A model generated the notes under the pieces. The model made no database searches and had not been told where the DNA came from. It saw only the letters and a program-made list of their open reading frames with translations. Made by a program: the position numbers and the translations under genes. A stretch of 44,061 bases of DNA. It comes from Chthoniobacterales bacterium. Lineage in GTDB: Bacteria; Verrucomicrobiota; Verrucomicrobiia; Chthoniobacterales; JACTMZ01. Where the stretch lies: NCBI GenBank assembly GCA_039807035.1, contig JBDHQL010000001.1:1-44061 (forward strand), given 5' to 3'. This document shows, piece after piece, positions 16,486-25,770 of the stretch (its first letter is position 1; each line of letters begins with the position of its first letter).

Positions 16486-17859
16486 CTATACATCCCCATT
16501 CACCGGTGGCTGCCGCTTGGCGTGAACGCTTAAAATTCGGCGTCCATCGGTTTGACTTACCGTAAAATCAAATCCATCCGACGAAACAGTTTCACCTTGC
16601 TTGGGTAAATGGCCGAAGAGATGCGTGACATAGCCACCGATGGTACTGACATCGGCATTTTCAATATGGAGGCCAATCAGGTCATCCAAATCGTGCAAGG
16701 CTGTCGCCCCATCAATGATGTACTCACCCTCGCCGACCTGACGACACTCCGTCTCCGCCGTATCAAATTCGTCCTGAATATCGCCCACCAATTCCGCGAG
16801 TACGTTGTCGAGGGTTACCATGCCAACCGCGCCGCCATATTCATCAAGTACGAGTGCAAGGTGCGCATGTTTGCCGAGAAGAAATTTAAGCAGGCGCTCC
16901 AGCGGCATCATTTCAGGCACATGAACAAGCTCGCGCTTGATAGAAAAAAGATCGGTCTTTTTCTCGGTGGCGGGAGCGAGGAGGTCTTTGATGTGGATGA
17001 GGCCAACAGCATCATCCAAATGCCCACGGCAAAGCGGGAATCGTGTGTGCCCCGATTCATGCGCCACGCGAAGGTTTTGCTCAAAGCCATCATCCAAATC
17101 CAGAAACACCACCTCACCACGTGGCGTCATAATATCGCGCACCACGCGTTTGCGCATGTCGAGCGCGTTGATGAGGATTTCATTACCCAAGGACATCGCT
17201 TCTTTGGTGTCATTGCCCTCCGCAAGAATCAGCCGCAGCTCATCTTCGCTGTGCGCATGACCGGCTTCCATCACGGGATCAATTTTCAAAACGGTACGCA
17301 AAAACGCATTGGCGTTGCCGTTAAGAAACCAAATGGCGGGTTTGAACAGTTTGTAAAAAATCCCCAGCGGCCAGCTGACCCAGAGGGTCACTTGCACGGC
17401 TTTACGAATGGCCAATGATTTTGGTGCCAGTTCCCCAAAGACGATGTGCAGGTAGGTGATGATGGAAAAGGCGAAGACAAAAGATATGCCGTGAATCACC
17501 GGCACGGAGGTGATGCCTGCATAGTGCAGTGCAGGTTGAATCATCGCCGCTAAAAATGGCTCACCCAACCAACCTAATCCAAGACTCGCGAGCGTAATCC
17601 CAAGCTGTGTTGCCGAAAGGTATTCGTCCAGATGTGCCGTCACTTTACGTGCCCGCACCGCTTTGCTTTCACCCTGATCCGCGAGCGCATCGAGCTGGCT
17701 GTTGCGAACTTTGACAATTGCAAACTCCGCCGCTACGAAAAAGCCATTGAGCAAGACGAGAGCTAATACCGCGAGCAAACGGAAAAAAATGCCATCCACA
17801 CCGCCGGAAAATTCTGACGTGGGAGCTGTGGCGATAACGCTAAAAATTGCAAATTGCAT
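16486..17859 (-). CDS. HlyC/CorC (CNNM) family transporter: DUF21 - CBS pair - CorC_HlyC
   Basis: LNGFFVAAEFAIVKV (DUF21), the CBS region VRDIMTPRGEVVFL, and the C-terminal IIDGATALHDLDDLIG...VSTIGGYV...G transporter-associated domain. An alternative in-frame GTG start near 17799 is plausible (see finding). Confidence 0.85.
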   Translation of the reverse strand: MQFAIFSVIATAPTSEFSGGVDGIFFRLLAVLALVLLNGFFVAAEFAIVKVRNSQLDALADQGESKAVRARKVTAHLDEYLSATQLGITLASLGLGWLGEPFLAAMIQPALHYAGITSVPVIHGISFVFAFSIITYLHIVFGELAPKSLAIRKAVQVTLWVSWPLGIFYKLFKPAIWFLNGNANAFLRTVLKIDPVMEAGHAHSEDELRLILAEGNDTKEAMSLGNEILINALDMRKRVVRDIMTPRGEVVFLDLDDGFEQNLRVAHESGHTRFPLCRGHLDDAVGLIHIKDLLAPATEKKTDLFSIKRELVHVPEMMPLERLLKFLLGKHAHLALVLDEYGGAVGMVTLDNVLAELVGDIQDEFDTAETECRQVGEGEYIIDGATALHDLDDLIGLHIENADVSTIGGYVTHLFGHLPKQGETVSSDGFDFTVSQTDGRRILSVHAKRQPPVNGDV

Positions 17860-17862
17860 CGG

Positions 17863-17902
17863 ACAAAAAAAGAACTGCCGGAGCCCTTACAGACTCCGGC
17901 AG
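17863..17902 (-). terminator. rho-independent terminator downstream of rpsN
   Basis: On the minus strand the sequence reads CTGCCGGAG-tctgtaaggg-CTCCGGCAG (a 9-bp GC-rich stem), followed by TTCTTTTTTTG. Confidence 0.65.
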
Positions 17903-17948
17903 GCCTAAAAGCAGAACGGCCTTGGGAGACCGTACTCGGCTTGTACGG

Positions 17949-18218
17949 TTACCAACTTGCTTTGGTGACTCCAGGGATGAGGCCCGCACAGGCCAGTTCA
18001 CGAAAGGTGAGACGCGACATTTGAAATTCACGCAGGAAAGCCCGTTTGCGCCCCGTGACGCGACAACGGTTAGAAAGCCGTGCCGGACTTGCATTGCGCG
18101 GAAGCTGCGCCAAAGCCAAATAGTCGCCTTTCGCCTTTAGCTCCGCCCGCAGGGTAGCATACTTTTCAACAGTTTTACGTTTGCGCTTTTCGCGCTCCTT
18201 CCAAGAAGTCTTAGCCAT
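17949..18218 (-). CDS. rpsN: 30S ribosomal protein S14 (long form without zinc-ribbon cysteines)
   Basis: [20 protein letters not shown]...[41 protein letters not shown] is a full-length match to the S14 pattern. There are no CxxC pairs. Confidence 0.9.
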   Translation of the reverse strand: MAKTSWKEREKRKRKTVEKYATLRAELKAKGDYLALAQLPRNASPARLSNRCRVTGRKRAFLREFQMSRLTFRELACAGLIPGVTKASW

Positions 18219-18289
18219 ATTTCAAAAAATAGTCGCCTACTATGCCCAATCCCCACCATTCTGACAAGTCCTAAATAATTCCAAAAAAA

Positions 18290-18316
18290 CCAGGGGGCAC
18301 GGTCGTCTCGACCGTG
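18290..18316. repeat. REP-like family A, solo 5' half copy
   Basis: CCAGGGGGCAC-GGTCGTCTCGACCGTG is preceded by an A7 run as in the 5-kb copies. The local hairpin CACGGTCG-TCT-CGACCGTG keeps 8 bp through a paired G:C to T:A change relative to copy 1. Confidence 0.7.
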
Positions 18317-18481
18317 TTCTCATAAGTTCGAACGAATAGGAATCGCAAGTGAGAATGGTTCATAGGCAAACCCTCATGTCCCCAAGTTGGTCGCCCCACC
18401 CTTTTCAAAAAATCCCGCGCTAACATCGGGACATTTTCCTCCAATAAGAATATGACATCAGAGCGTTAAAAACTTTCGCTC

Positions 18482-19564
18482 ATGATTTCTATCACTATTG
18501 AAAATCTTACCAAACGTTTTGGCGATGTGGTGGCGTTGGATGCGGTGAATTTGCGGATTGAAGCGGGCGAATTGTTTTTTTTGCTGGGCCCGAGTGGTTG
18601 CGGAAAAACGACTCTTTTGCGTCAGATTGCCGGACTCGGAATGTCGGAGAGCGGGCGCATTCTTTTTGATCGCGAAGATGTGACGCGGCTTGCGGCGCAT
18701 AAGCGAAATACGGGCATGATGTTTCAAAGTTATGCGCTTTGGCCGCACATGACCGTGGCCAAAAATGTGGCTTTTGGACTCGAAGAACGTCGCGTTGCAC
18801 GCGGGGAAATTAAAGAGCGTGTAGCCCGTGCTTTGACGGATGTTCACATGGATGCCTACGCGCAGCGTAAAATCACCGAGCTTTCCGGCGGCCAGCAACA
18901 GCGTGTGGCACTCGCTCGTGCGCTGGTGATTCGTCCGCGTTGCCTGCTTCTCGACGAACCTCTCTCCAATCTCGACGCCAAGTTGCGCTTGGAAATGCGC
19001 GGTGAAATTCGACGTGTGTGCAAAGAATTTGGGCTTACCGCCATTTACGTCACTCACGATCAAAAAGAGGCGCTTTCCATTGCCGACCGCATGGCCATTA
19101 TAGGCTCAGGACGTATTGCACAAATCGGAACGCCGGAAGAAATTTATCGCCGTCCGCATAGCCGCTTCGTGGCCGACTTTATTGGCGAAACGAATTTTCT
19201 GGAGGGACGCATTATTGAAACTGGCGATGGAAAAATGCGCGTCGAAACTCCTCACGCTCGTTTTTGGGGCATTGCCGGAAAAAGCGAGTGGCAGCCTTCG
19301 CCTGGCACGAATGTTCATTTGTCTATTCGTCCCGAAGCGTGGGTGATTCATCACGAGGGCGATGCTGACTCGGCCGCCGATAACTGCCTCATCGGGCAAA
19401 TGGAGGAACGAGTCTATCTGGGAGAAACAGCACAATACCGCATTCGCTGTGACGAAATCGTGATGAAAGTTTTTGAACTTAATCCACGCCCTCGTGCGGT
19501 GAACACACACACTCCCGTCCGCCTCACCGTGGCGCCTGATGATGTCGTCATTCTCCCCGCCTGA
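18482..19564 (+). CDS. ABC transporter ATP-binding protein (PotA/FbpC/CysA-like importer ATPase)
   Basis: Walker A GPSGCGKTT, Q-loop, signature LSGGQQQRVALARAL, Walker B LLLDEPLSNLD, H-loop, and a C-terminal TOBE-like regulatory domain. Confidence 0.9.
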   Translation: MISITIENLTKRFGDVVALDAVNLRIEAGELFFLLGPSGCGKTTLLRQIAGLGMSESGRILFDREDVTRLAAHKRNTGMMFQSYALWPHMTVAKNVAFGLEERRVARGEIKERVARALTDVHMDAYAQRKITELSGGQQQRVALARALVIRPRCLLLDEPLSNLDAKLRLEMRGEIRRVCKEFGLTAIYVTHDQKEALSIADRMAIIGSGRIAQIGTPEEIYRRPHSRFVADFIGETNFLEGRIIETGDGKMRVETPHARFWGIAGKSEWQPSPGTNVHLSIRPEAWVIHHEGDADSAADNCLIGQMEERVYLGETAQYRIRCDEIVMKVFELNPRPRAVNTHTPVRLTVAPDDVVILPA

Positions 19565-19567
19565 TCC

Positions 19568-21175
19568 ATGGTTTTGCGCATTAGCCTGATTCTTGCAGCT
19601 CTCGTGGTGATTCTCGGAGTTCCGTTTGCCATGAGGCCCCGATCCACAGCACCGATTGCGCCCGAGCAGACGGATCATCTCGTGATTATCTCGCCGCATA
19701 ATGAAGCCATTCGCCATGAATTTACGGCGGCATTTCGTCATTATTATCGCGAGAAAACGGGGCGCGATGTTCAACTAGACTGGCGGGTACCGGGCGGTGG
19801 CTCGGAAATTGCCCGTTACTTAGCGTCGGAGTACACCGCCGCATTTCGCAATTATTGGGTGCAGCATTTAGGAAAATCATGGGATGCCACGGTCAGCGGT
19901 GCATTTGATAATCCGGCGATTGTCTTGGGCGCCGACCCTGCGCGAGATACGCCTGCCGAAGCGGCACGGCGGGCTTTTCTCAATTCGGATGTTGGCATTG
20001 GGATTGATCTCTTTTTCGGTGGCGGCACGTATGATTTTGTCCAACAAGCTAAAGCCGGACGCCTCGTGAATGCCGGAATTCTCGAAACGCATCCGGCGTG
20101 GTTTCGAGAAGATGTGATTCCGCAAAAAGTGTCGGGCGAACCCTTTTATGATGCGGAAGGGCGATGGATTGGGACGGCCATTTCCAGCTTTGGCATTTGT
20201 AGTAATACCGACTCGCTGCAACGCCTTGGAATCGTTGCCGCCCCCACCGCATGGAGTGATCTCGCGAATCCGGCTCTCGTCGGGCAAATTGCCTTAGCTG
20301 ACCCCACGCAAAGTGGCTCTGCGGCGAAGGCTTTTGAGCAAATTATTCAGCAAAAAATTCAAGAGCATCTCGCACGCTCTCCGGACAACGAAGCGGAAGC
20401 CGTGCGAGCGGGTTGGCGTGAGGGTCTGTCCCTCATCCAAAAAATTTCTGCCAACGCTCGATTTTTTACCGATGCAGCTTCGAAGGTTCCGCTGGATGTT
20501 TCACAAGGGGATGCCGCCGCCGGAATGTGTATTGATTTTTACGGGCGTTTTCAAAGTGAAGCCGTACGTCGTTCGGATGGAACTTCGCGATTGCAATACA
20601 TCACGCCGCCAAGCGGTTCGTCCTTGGGCGTGGACCCGATAGCCATGTTGCGTGGGGCACCTCATGCGGAGATAGCGCGTACGTTTATGGCCTATGTTCT
20701 CTCGCCCGAAGGTCAGAAGTTGTGGAATTTCAAAGTGGGTTCACCCGGCGGGCCTGAGCGATTTGCCCTGCGGCGGTTGCCTGTACGTAAGGATTTTTAC
20801 GTGGCAGCTAATGAGCCGTATCGCTCCGATCCGGGCATCAATCCCTACGTGGAAGCAGAAAGTTTTCATTATCACGAAGCATGGACAAGCCCGCTTTTTC
20901 GTGTTTTGGGATTGGCCATTCGTGCTATGGCGATGGACACACATCAAGAACAAGTCAAAGCATGGCGTGCTTTGGTCGCTGCCGATTTTCCACCGCAGGC
21001 AACGGCGCGATTTTCGGGCCTCTCCATGTTCGATTACGACAAATGCCGAGAGGAAATTTTACCCATTCTTAAATCACCGGATCGTCTTGGCGAAGTGCGG
21101 CTGATTCGGGATTTAAGCGGACGTTTACGACGTCAATACGAGGAGGCCGCCGAGCTGGCGCGGAAAGGATTGTAA
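19568..21175 (+). CDS. ABC transporter periplasmic substrate-binding protein (family-1/iron(III)-type, unusually long)
   Basis: N-terminal signal/anchor, then an SBP-like fold inferred from its position between the ATPase and the permease and from segments such as DLFFGGGTYDF and ALADPTQSGSA. At 535 aa it is long for this class. Confidence 0.6.
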   Translation: MVLRISLILAALVVILGVPFAMRPRSTAPIAPEQTDHLVIISPHNEAIRHEFTAAFRHYYREKTGRDVQLDWRVPGGGSEIARYLASEYTAAFRNYWVQHLGKSWDATVSGAFDNPAIVLGADPARDTPAEAARRAFLNSDVGIGIDLFFGGGTYDFVQQAKAGRLVNAGILETHPAWFREDVIPQKVSGEPFYDAEGRWIGTAISSFGICSNTDSLQRLGIVAAPTAWSDLANPALVGQIALADPTQSGSAAKAFEQIIQQKIQEHLARSPDNEAEAVRAGWREGLSLIQKISANARFFTDAASKVPLDVSQGDAAAGMCIDFYGRFQSEAVRRSDGTSRLQYITPPSGSSLGVDPIAMLRGAPHAEIARTFMAYVLSPEGQKLWNFKVGSPGGPERFALRRLPVRKDFYVAANEPYRSDPGINPYVEAESFHYHEAWTSPLFRVLGLAIRAMAMDTHQEQVKAWRALVAADFPPQATARFSGLSMFDYDKCREEILPILKSPDRLGEVRLIRDLSGRLRRQYEEAAELARKGL

Positions 21176-22869
21176 TGCCACGTTGGCTCTCCATTAGCGT
21201 TTTTGCGGGCGTCCTCGCGTTCATGGGATGCTTCTTTATCTGGCCCATCGTAGAAACATTACGCGGAGCGTTTGCCGATCGCAGCGGCAATTTTACGTTG
21301 GTTTATTTTATCGAAGTATTCCGAAATCCGATTTACCTTGAAGGACTCGCCAACTCCTTTCTCCTCGCAGTCGCTGTGACGCTGCTCACGCTTTTGTTTG
21401 CGCTGCCACTGGCATGGACGGCGGATCGCTTTTTATTTCCGGGAAAAACGCTCCTCAGTGCGCTCATCCTTGTCCCCATGATTCTCCCGCCTTTTGTCGG
21501 GGCGATTGGCGTGCGGCAAATTCTCGGTCAGCAAGGCTCGCTCAATGCCTTACTGGTGTGGTTAGGGATGCAAAATCCTGCAACACCCATTGATTGGCTG
21601 GGCATCGGACGTTTTTGGGGCGTCGCGGTGATGATCGCCCTCAATCTTTATCCCATCATCTACCTCAATGCCGTCGCGGCATTGGCCAACATTGATCCCG
21701 CGATGGAAGAAGCAGCGGAAAACTTGGGTTGCACCGGATTAAGAAAATTTTTCCGCATCACCTTGCCGCTGATTATGCCCGGGCTGTTTGCAGGGGGAAC
21801 GATTGTGTTCATTTGGTCCTTCACCGAACTCGGTGTCCCCCTCATGTTTGATTTTACGCGCATTGCCTCGGTCCAAGTTTTTAATGGCATCAAAGACATT
21901 GGTGGCAATCCATTCCCCTACGCGTTGGTTGCCGTGATGCTGCTCTCCGCTGTTTTGCTTTATGCGATGAGCAAATTTCTCTTTGGACGTTCGTCCCATG
22001 CGATGATGTCCAAGGCGACAAGTCAAGGGGGGCCACGTCGTATTGGACGGCTTGCGGGAATGGCCTGCACCTTGGTATTTGGCACCGTATTTTTCCTCGC
22101 TGTCCTCCCTCACATCAGCGTGATTCTCGTAGCATTCTCCGGTGATTGGTATGGGACGATTTTTCCGGACTCATTCACCCTCTCGCATTTTGAGATGGCG
22201 TTGGGGCATGAGCTGACGTTGTCGTCTATTCGCAATAGCCTGCGTTATGCGGGTCTAGCGGTGATGCTGGACTTGGTGTTGGGTATCGCTATTGCCTACA
22301 TCGTCGTGCGCACCCGCATCACGGGACGTCATTTTCTCGATGCACTGGCCATGATGCCTCTCGCTGTGCCTGGCTTGGTGTTGGCTTTTGGATATTTGGC
22401 CATGACGCAGGAAGGAAAATTTTTTCATCCGCTCAATCCCGTGACGGACCCTCTCATTTTACTCGTCATTGCTTATGCGGTGCGGCGACTGCCGTATGTC
22501 GTACGATCAGCGGCAGCGGGTTTTCAACAGACGAGTGAAACGCTCGAAGAGGCGGCGCGAAATCTTGGCGCGGCGCCCATGCGTGCGCTGCATCGCATTA
22601 CCTTGCCGCTCATTGCGGCCAATCTAGTGGCTGGGGGACTCCTGGCATTTTCCTTCGCCATGCTCGAGGTATCCGATTCCTTGCTGCTGGCCCAAAAGCA
22701 GCAGGACTATCCCATTACCAAAGCGATTTATGAGCTTTATCAATTGCTCGGCGAAGGGCGTTTTATTGCGAGTGCCCTTGGGGTGTGGGCCATGGCCTTT
22801 CTTGCGGTGACGATTTTGGGGGCGAGCCTTATTCTTGGGAAAAAATTAGGAGCAATTTTTCGTGTTTGA
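21175..22869 (+). CDS. ABC transporter permease, fused double MetI-type domain (FbpB/ThiP-like)
   Basis: 564 aa and about 12 TM segments. It has two EAA-type loops (MEEAAENLGCTGLRKFFRITLPL and LEEAARNLGAAPMRALHRITLPL). The start overlaps the SBP stop (TAATG). Confidence 0.82.
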   Translation: MPRWLSISVFAGVLAFMGCFFIWPIVETLRGAFADRSGNFTLVYFIEVFRNPIYLEGLANSFLLAVAVTLLTLLFALPLAWTADRFLFPGKTLLSALILVPMILPPFVGAIGVRQILGQQGSLNALLVWLGMQNPATPIDWLGIGRFWGVAVMIALNLYPIIYLNAVAALANIDPAMEEAAENLGCTGLRKFFRITLPLIMPGLFAGGTIVFIWSFTELGVPLMFDFTRIASVQVFNGIKDIGGNPFPYALVAVMLLSAVLLYAMSKFLFGRSSHAMMSKATSQGGPRRIGRLAGMACTLVFGTVFFLAVLPHISVILVAFSGDWYGTIFPDSFTLSHFEMALGHELTLSSIRNSLRYAGLAVMLDLVLGIAIAYIVVRTRITGRHFLDALAMMPLAVPGLVLAFGYLAMTQEGKFFHPLNPVTDPLILLVIAYAVRRLPYVVRSAAAGFQQTSETLEEAARNLGAAPMRALHRITLPLIAANLVAGGLLAFSFAMLEVSDSLLLAQKQQDYPITKAIYELYQLLGEGRFIASALGVWAMAFLAVTILGASLILGKKLGAIFRV

Positions 22870-22908
22870 GAGTGCTGTTTGCAGGCATGATCGCTTGCAA
22901 AGTTTATT

Positions 22909-23793
22909 TTGAGCATCCGTCTTCCACTTCTTCTGCCCTTGGTATGCGCGATGCTTTACGCGGCGGCAGCGATTATGATTAAGGTCGCGATTTCGCGTGG
23001 TGCCAATAGCTGGGCCGTCGCATTTATCACCAATGTTGGGATGATGGTCATTTATATCCCCATGCTTTTTTTTGGACACGAGACATGGCATTTTGCCGCA
23101 GCGTCCTCCGCCGTAATTGCAGGTGCTCTCTTTTTTGCCGGACAAGTTGGGACATTTCGTTCGTTGGCGACGGGCGATGTTTCTATCGCCACACCTGCAC
23201 TGGCGAGCAAGTTGGTTTTTGTGGCTCTCATGAGTCTTGCGCTGCCCGGAAGCCGTTCCGGGATGAGTTTATGGATCGCCGTTTTTCTCACCATGGTAGG
23301 CGTTATGCTTCTCCATGCCGGCCCTCGCCGCTCCTCATCACGTCCATTGGCAACAGCCGGTTGGGCCATTTTTGCGGCAGTATGTTTTTCGGCGACGGAT
23401 GTTATTACGCAGGCAGGCGCACCACGGGTGGGATTCACCCTCTTTTTACCCGTGATGTTTGGAACAGTCGCCGTGGCTTCTTTTCCTCTGCTTTTACCTC
23501 ACGCGCTGCGGCGTAAACGCCCATTACAAGCGGGTGCATGGACGTGGGGAAGCATCGGCGTCGTCGTGCTTATCGCCCAATCCGCAGGCGTGGCTATCGC
23601 TATTGCGCTCTTCGGAGATGCCACCGGCGTGAATGTGGTGTACAGCTCGCGGGGTTTGTGGAGTCTGATTATCCTTGCGTTTGTCGCACGTCAAATCGGC
23701 GTTGCCGAGGCGACATTGGATCGAAAGATATTTGCGCTGCGTGTTCTTGGCAGCATCCTTATTCTAGTGGCTGTTGTGTTGGCTCTTTATTGA
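22909..23793 (+). CDS. DMT/EamA-like 10-TM transporter
   Basis: A polytopic hydrophobic protein of about 290 aa with two similar halves. The TTG start is uncertain. The family call rests on topology and size only. Confidence 0.55.
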   Translation: MSIRLPLLLPLVCAMLYAAAAIMIKVAISRGANSWAVAFITNVGMMVIYIPMLFFGHETWHFAAASSAVIAGALFFAGQVGTFRSLATGDVSIATPALASKLVFVALMSLALPGSRSGMSLWIAVFLTMVGVMLLHAGPRRSSSRPLATAGWAIFAAVCFSATDVITQAGAPRVGFTLFLPVMFGTVAVASFPLLLPHALRRKRPLQAGAWTWGSIGVVVLIAQSAGVAIAIALFGDATGVNVVYSSRGLWSLIILAFVARQIGVAEATLDRKIFALRVLGSILILVAVVLALY

Positions 23794-24688
23794 TCATCGC
23801 CGCACGAACAAGCGAAGGAATCGCTTTTGAGGAACCCCAAGCCGTTAGTGAACGGAACATCCATTGCCGCACCTCGCAACGAGAGACTTTATTTACAGCG
23901 GCGGGATGATCGAGATGGGTTTCTATAAGGCGAAGCGTCCGCCATCCAAGCAGTGCCGGCAACAAGGTGACATAGCGCAGCCGTCCGGAATGCAGTGCCA
24001 TGCAATAAGGCGTCGCCTCCGCTAACCATCGCCGTGCCATGACAAGCCAATGGGCGACGTCGTTTGTGTGAATGTAATTCCTCCCAAGTGTAGCATCGGC
24101 ATGACGATCGCGCAGAATGTTGATTAATTGCAAAGCCTGCCCATAGTGCCGTCCGCGTTGGAGCATCACTTCCATCGGATCGGAAGAAAACGGACGAATT
24201 TTCTCGGTGCCGATGCGCGTCCAAAATTCGCCCACGCTTCCGGCGACGAGATACGTGTAGTGTTCAAGTTCTTCGTGGGTGAGTGCTGCCGACCTATCAT
24301 TGAAGTACTCTAAATCAAAAATTTGACCTTCGAGAATGTGATCTATAACAACCTCGAGAAATTGCCGTTCAGGAAGCGTAAGACGATTCATGCGCCGCCA
24401 CAAGGTGGGTAATCGTGTCAGCAAATGATTTTCTCCCGCCGTAAGTTGTGGCACCGTCCAGTTGTTGGCGATGTAGCCCGCAATTTCGTCATGCCCGATA
24501 CTTCGTCGTGCCACATGCAAAATTTCTAAGCGCTGGTTTCGTCCTGCGAGAGAGGAATCAGTAATAGTGTCCGTGGCGCGTGCTAACAAATACCCGAGGC
24601 AAATCTCGGGCCGGACTGAACGCGGAAGCAGTCGCAATGTTAAATAAAAGGACCGCGATGTTTGCCGAAGAATTTCGTTTTCTGTCAT
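23759..24688 (-). CDS. squalene/phytoene synthase family protein (HpnC/HpnD-like)
   Basis: SRSFYLTLRLLP..VR......YLLARATDTITD (first DxxxD) and QLINILRDRHADATLGRNYI (second DxxxD) match the trans-isoprenyl diphosphate synthase head-to-head family. Confidence 0.7.
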   Translation of the reverse strand: MTENEILRQTSRSFYLTLRLLPRSVRPEICLGYLLARATDTITDSSLAGRNQRLEILHVARRSIGHDEIAGYIANNWTVPQLTAGENHLLTRLPTLWRRMNRLTLPERQFLEVVIDHILEGQIFDLEYFNDRSAALTHEELEHYTYLVAGSVGEFWTRIGTEKIRPFSSDPMEVMLQRGRHYGQALQLINILRDRHADATLGRNYIHTNDVAHWLVMARRWLAEATPYCMALHSGRLRYVTLLPALLGWRTLRLIETHLDHPAAVNKVSRCEVRQWMFRSLTAWGSSKAIPSLVRAAMINKEPTQQPLE

Positions 24689-25770
24689 GGCTGTACCTTG
24701 CGGACTTCGCCCTCGGGAATGATGCGGATATTTCTAATTTTATCTTCCGAAGCGAATCCCAATCCCATGTGCTCCGCAGATTGAAGCCATGCCGTATATT
24801 TCGCCAAGGGCGGGAATCCCGCATCGCGTCGGAATCCGTCTAACAAGCGCATTCCGATGGCATCCAATGCCACGGGATCGCGTGAGACGAAAATAGCACC
24901 GTAGTTCACTTGGTATCCTGCGCCGGGAAATGGCCCCCCTGCATATTGTGGACGCAAAGCATCGAGAATGGTCAGCACGACTTTGCCGCCAATGCGTGAA
25001 TCTGCATACGCTTCCGGTAAATAGGGGTCACCGTATTGCGGTGCTCGCGCCAAACGTCGCCAGTTGTCCAAATTATCCAACACCATGCCGGAAACCGCGC
25101 CGGTCACGCCTGCAAATACGCTATCGGCCAAAGCGGGTACGTGAATGACTTTATCCACTTTGTCGGCAAGAATGGACGAAAGGTGACTGCGGCTGCTGAC
25201 TTGCTCCGTTCGTATTGGAGAAAATTCGTGATCACCTGCGATTAGCTTTCCCATGATCGGTACCGTAAGGATTGCCTTTTCGGAATACCCGCCCGCACGG
25301 TCGGTTCCTATCACACGAAAAGGCGGGTCGAGGCGACTTAGTTTCGCGCGGTCGAGGTCCTCCTGCCTGCGGTCCCAAATGATAATGTTGTCCGCGGGTA
25401 CACCTGCGGCGAGGAGTCCTTCGGTGATCGCCTTTACAATAGCCATGTGCGTCGAGGAAACGGGCGCGGCGGTGGTGGAAACTTTGATGCCAATACGGTC
25501 TTGGATGCGGATGAATGTTTTCCATGCGGCGACGATGTCGGTTTTTCCGGCTGCCGCCTGAACAAGCGAATTTACCATGCGTTTCACCATGGCGTCGCGG
25601 ACAATACCACCCTGCACGGATGTTGGAAGCCATGTGGAAAAAACTGTCGCATACGCAGGTGGTGCAGGCAGCGAATCCGTTTCGTCACCGAGCGCAGCGT
25701 CAGAAAATCCCCACCAGGCGATGGCGAAAATTGCACCGATAAGGCACCAACGCCGGAAGGTTGTTGTCAT
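24685..25770 (-). CDS. exported hypothetical protein, possibly DUF362 family
   Basis: It has an N-terminal signal-like segment. DRIGIKVSTTAAPVSSTHMAIVKAITEGLLAAGVPADNIIIWDR resembles the DUF362 core. Stop and start overlap with both neighbours. Confidence 0.45.
   Translation of the reverse strand: MTTTFRRWCLIGAIFAIAWWGFSDAALGDETDSLPAPPAYATVFSTWLPTSVQGGIVRDAMVKRMVNSLVQAAAGKTDIVAAWKTFIRIQDRIGIKVSTTAAPVSSTHMAIVKAITEGLLAAGVPADNIIIWDRRQEDLDRAKLSRLDPPFRVIGTDRAGGYSEKAILTVPIMGKLIAGDHEFSPIRTEQVSSRSHLSSILADKVDKVIHVPALADSVFAGVTGAVSGMVLDNLDNWRRLARAPQYGDPYLPEAYADSRIGGKVVLTILDALRPQYAGGPFPGAGYQVNYGAIFVSRDPVALDAIGMRLLDGFRRDAGFPPLAKYTAWLQSAEHMGLGFASEDKIRNIRIIPEGEVRKVQP

Noticed and set aside
18219-18481. Riboswitch or metal-regulator box upstream of the ABC importer (also checked upstream of ribD and the tonB array)
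   Set aside because: I could not recognise TPP, cobalamin or FMN core motifs, nor a clear Fur or Zur palindrome, by eye. ribD overlaps tilS and has no leader. A covariance-model scan would be needed to exclude them formally.
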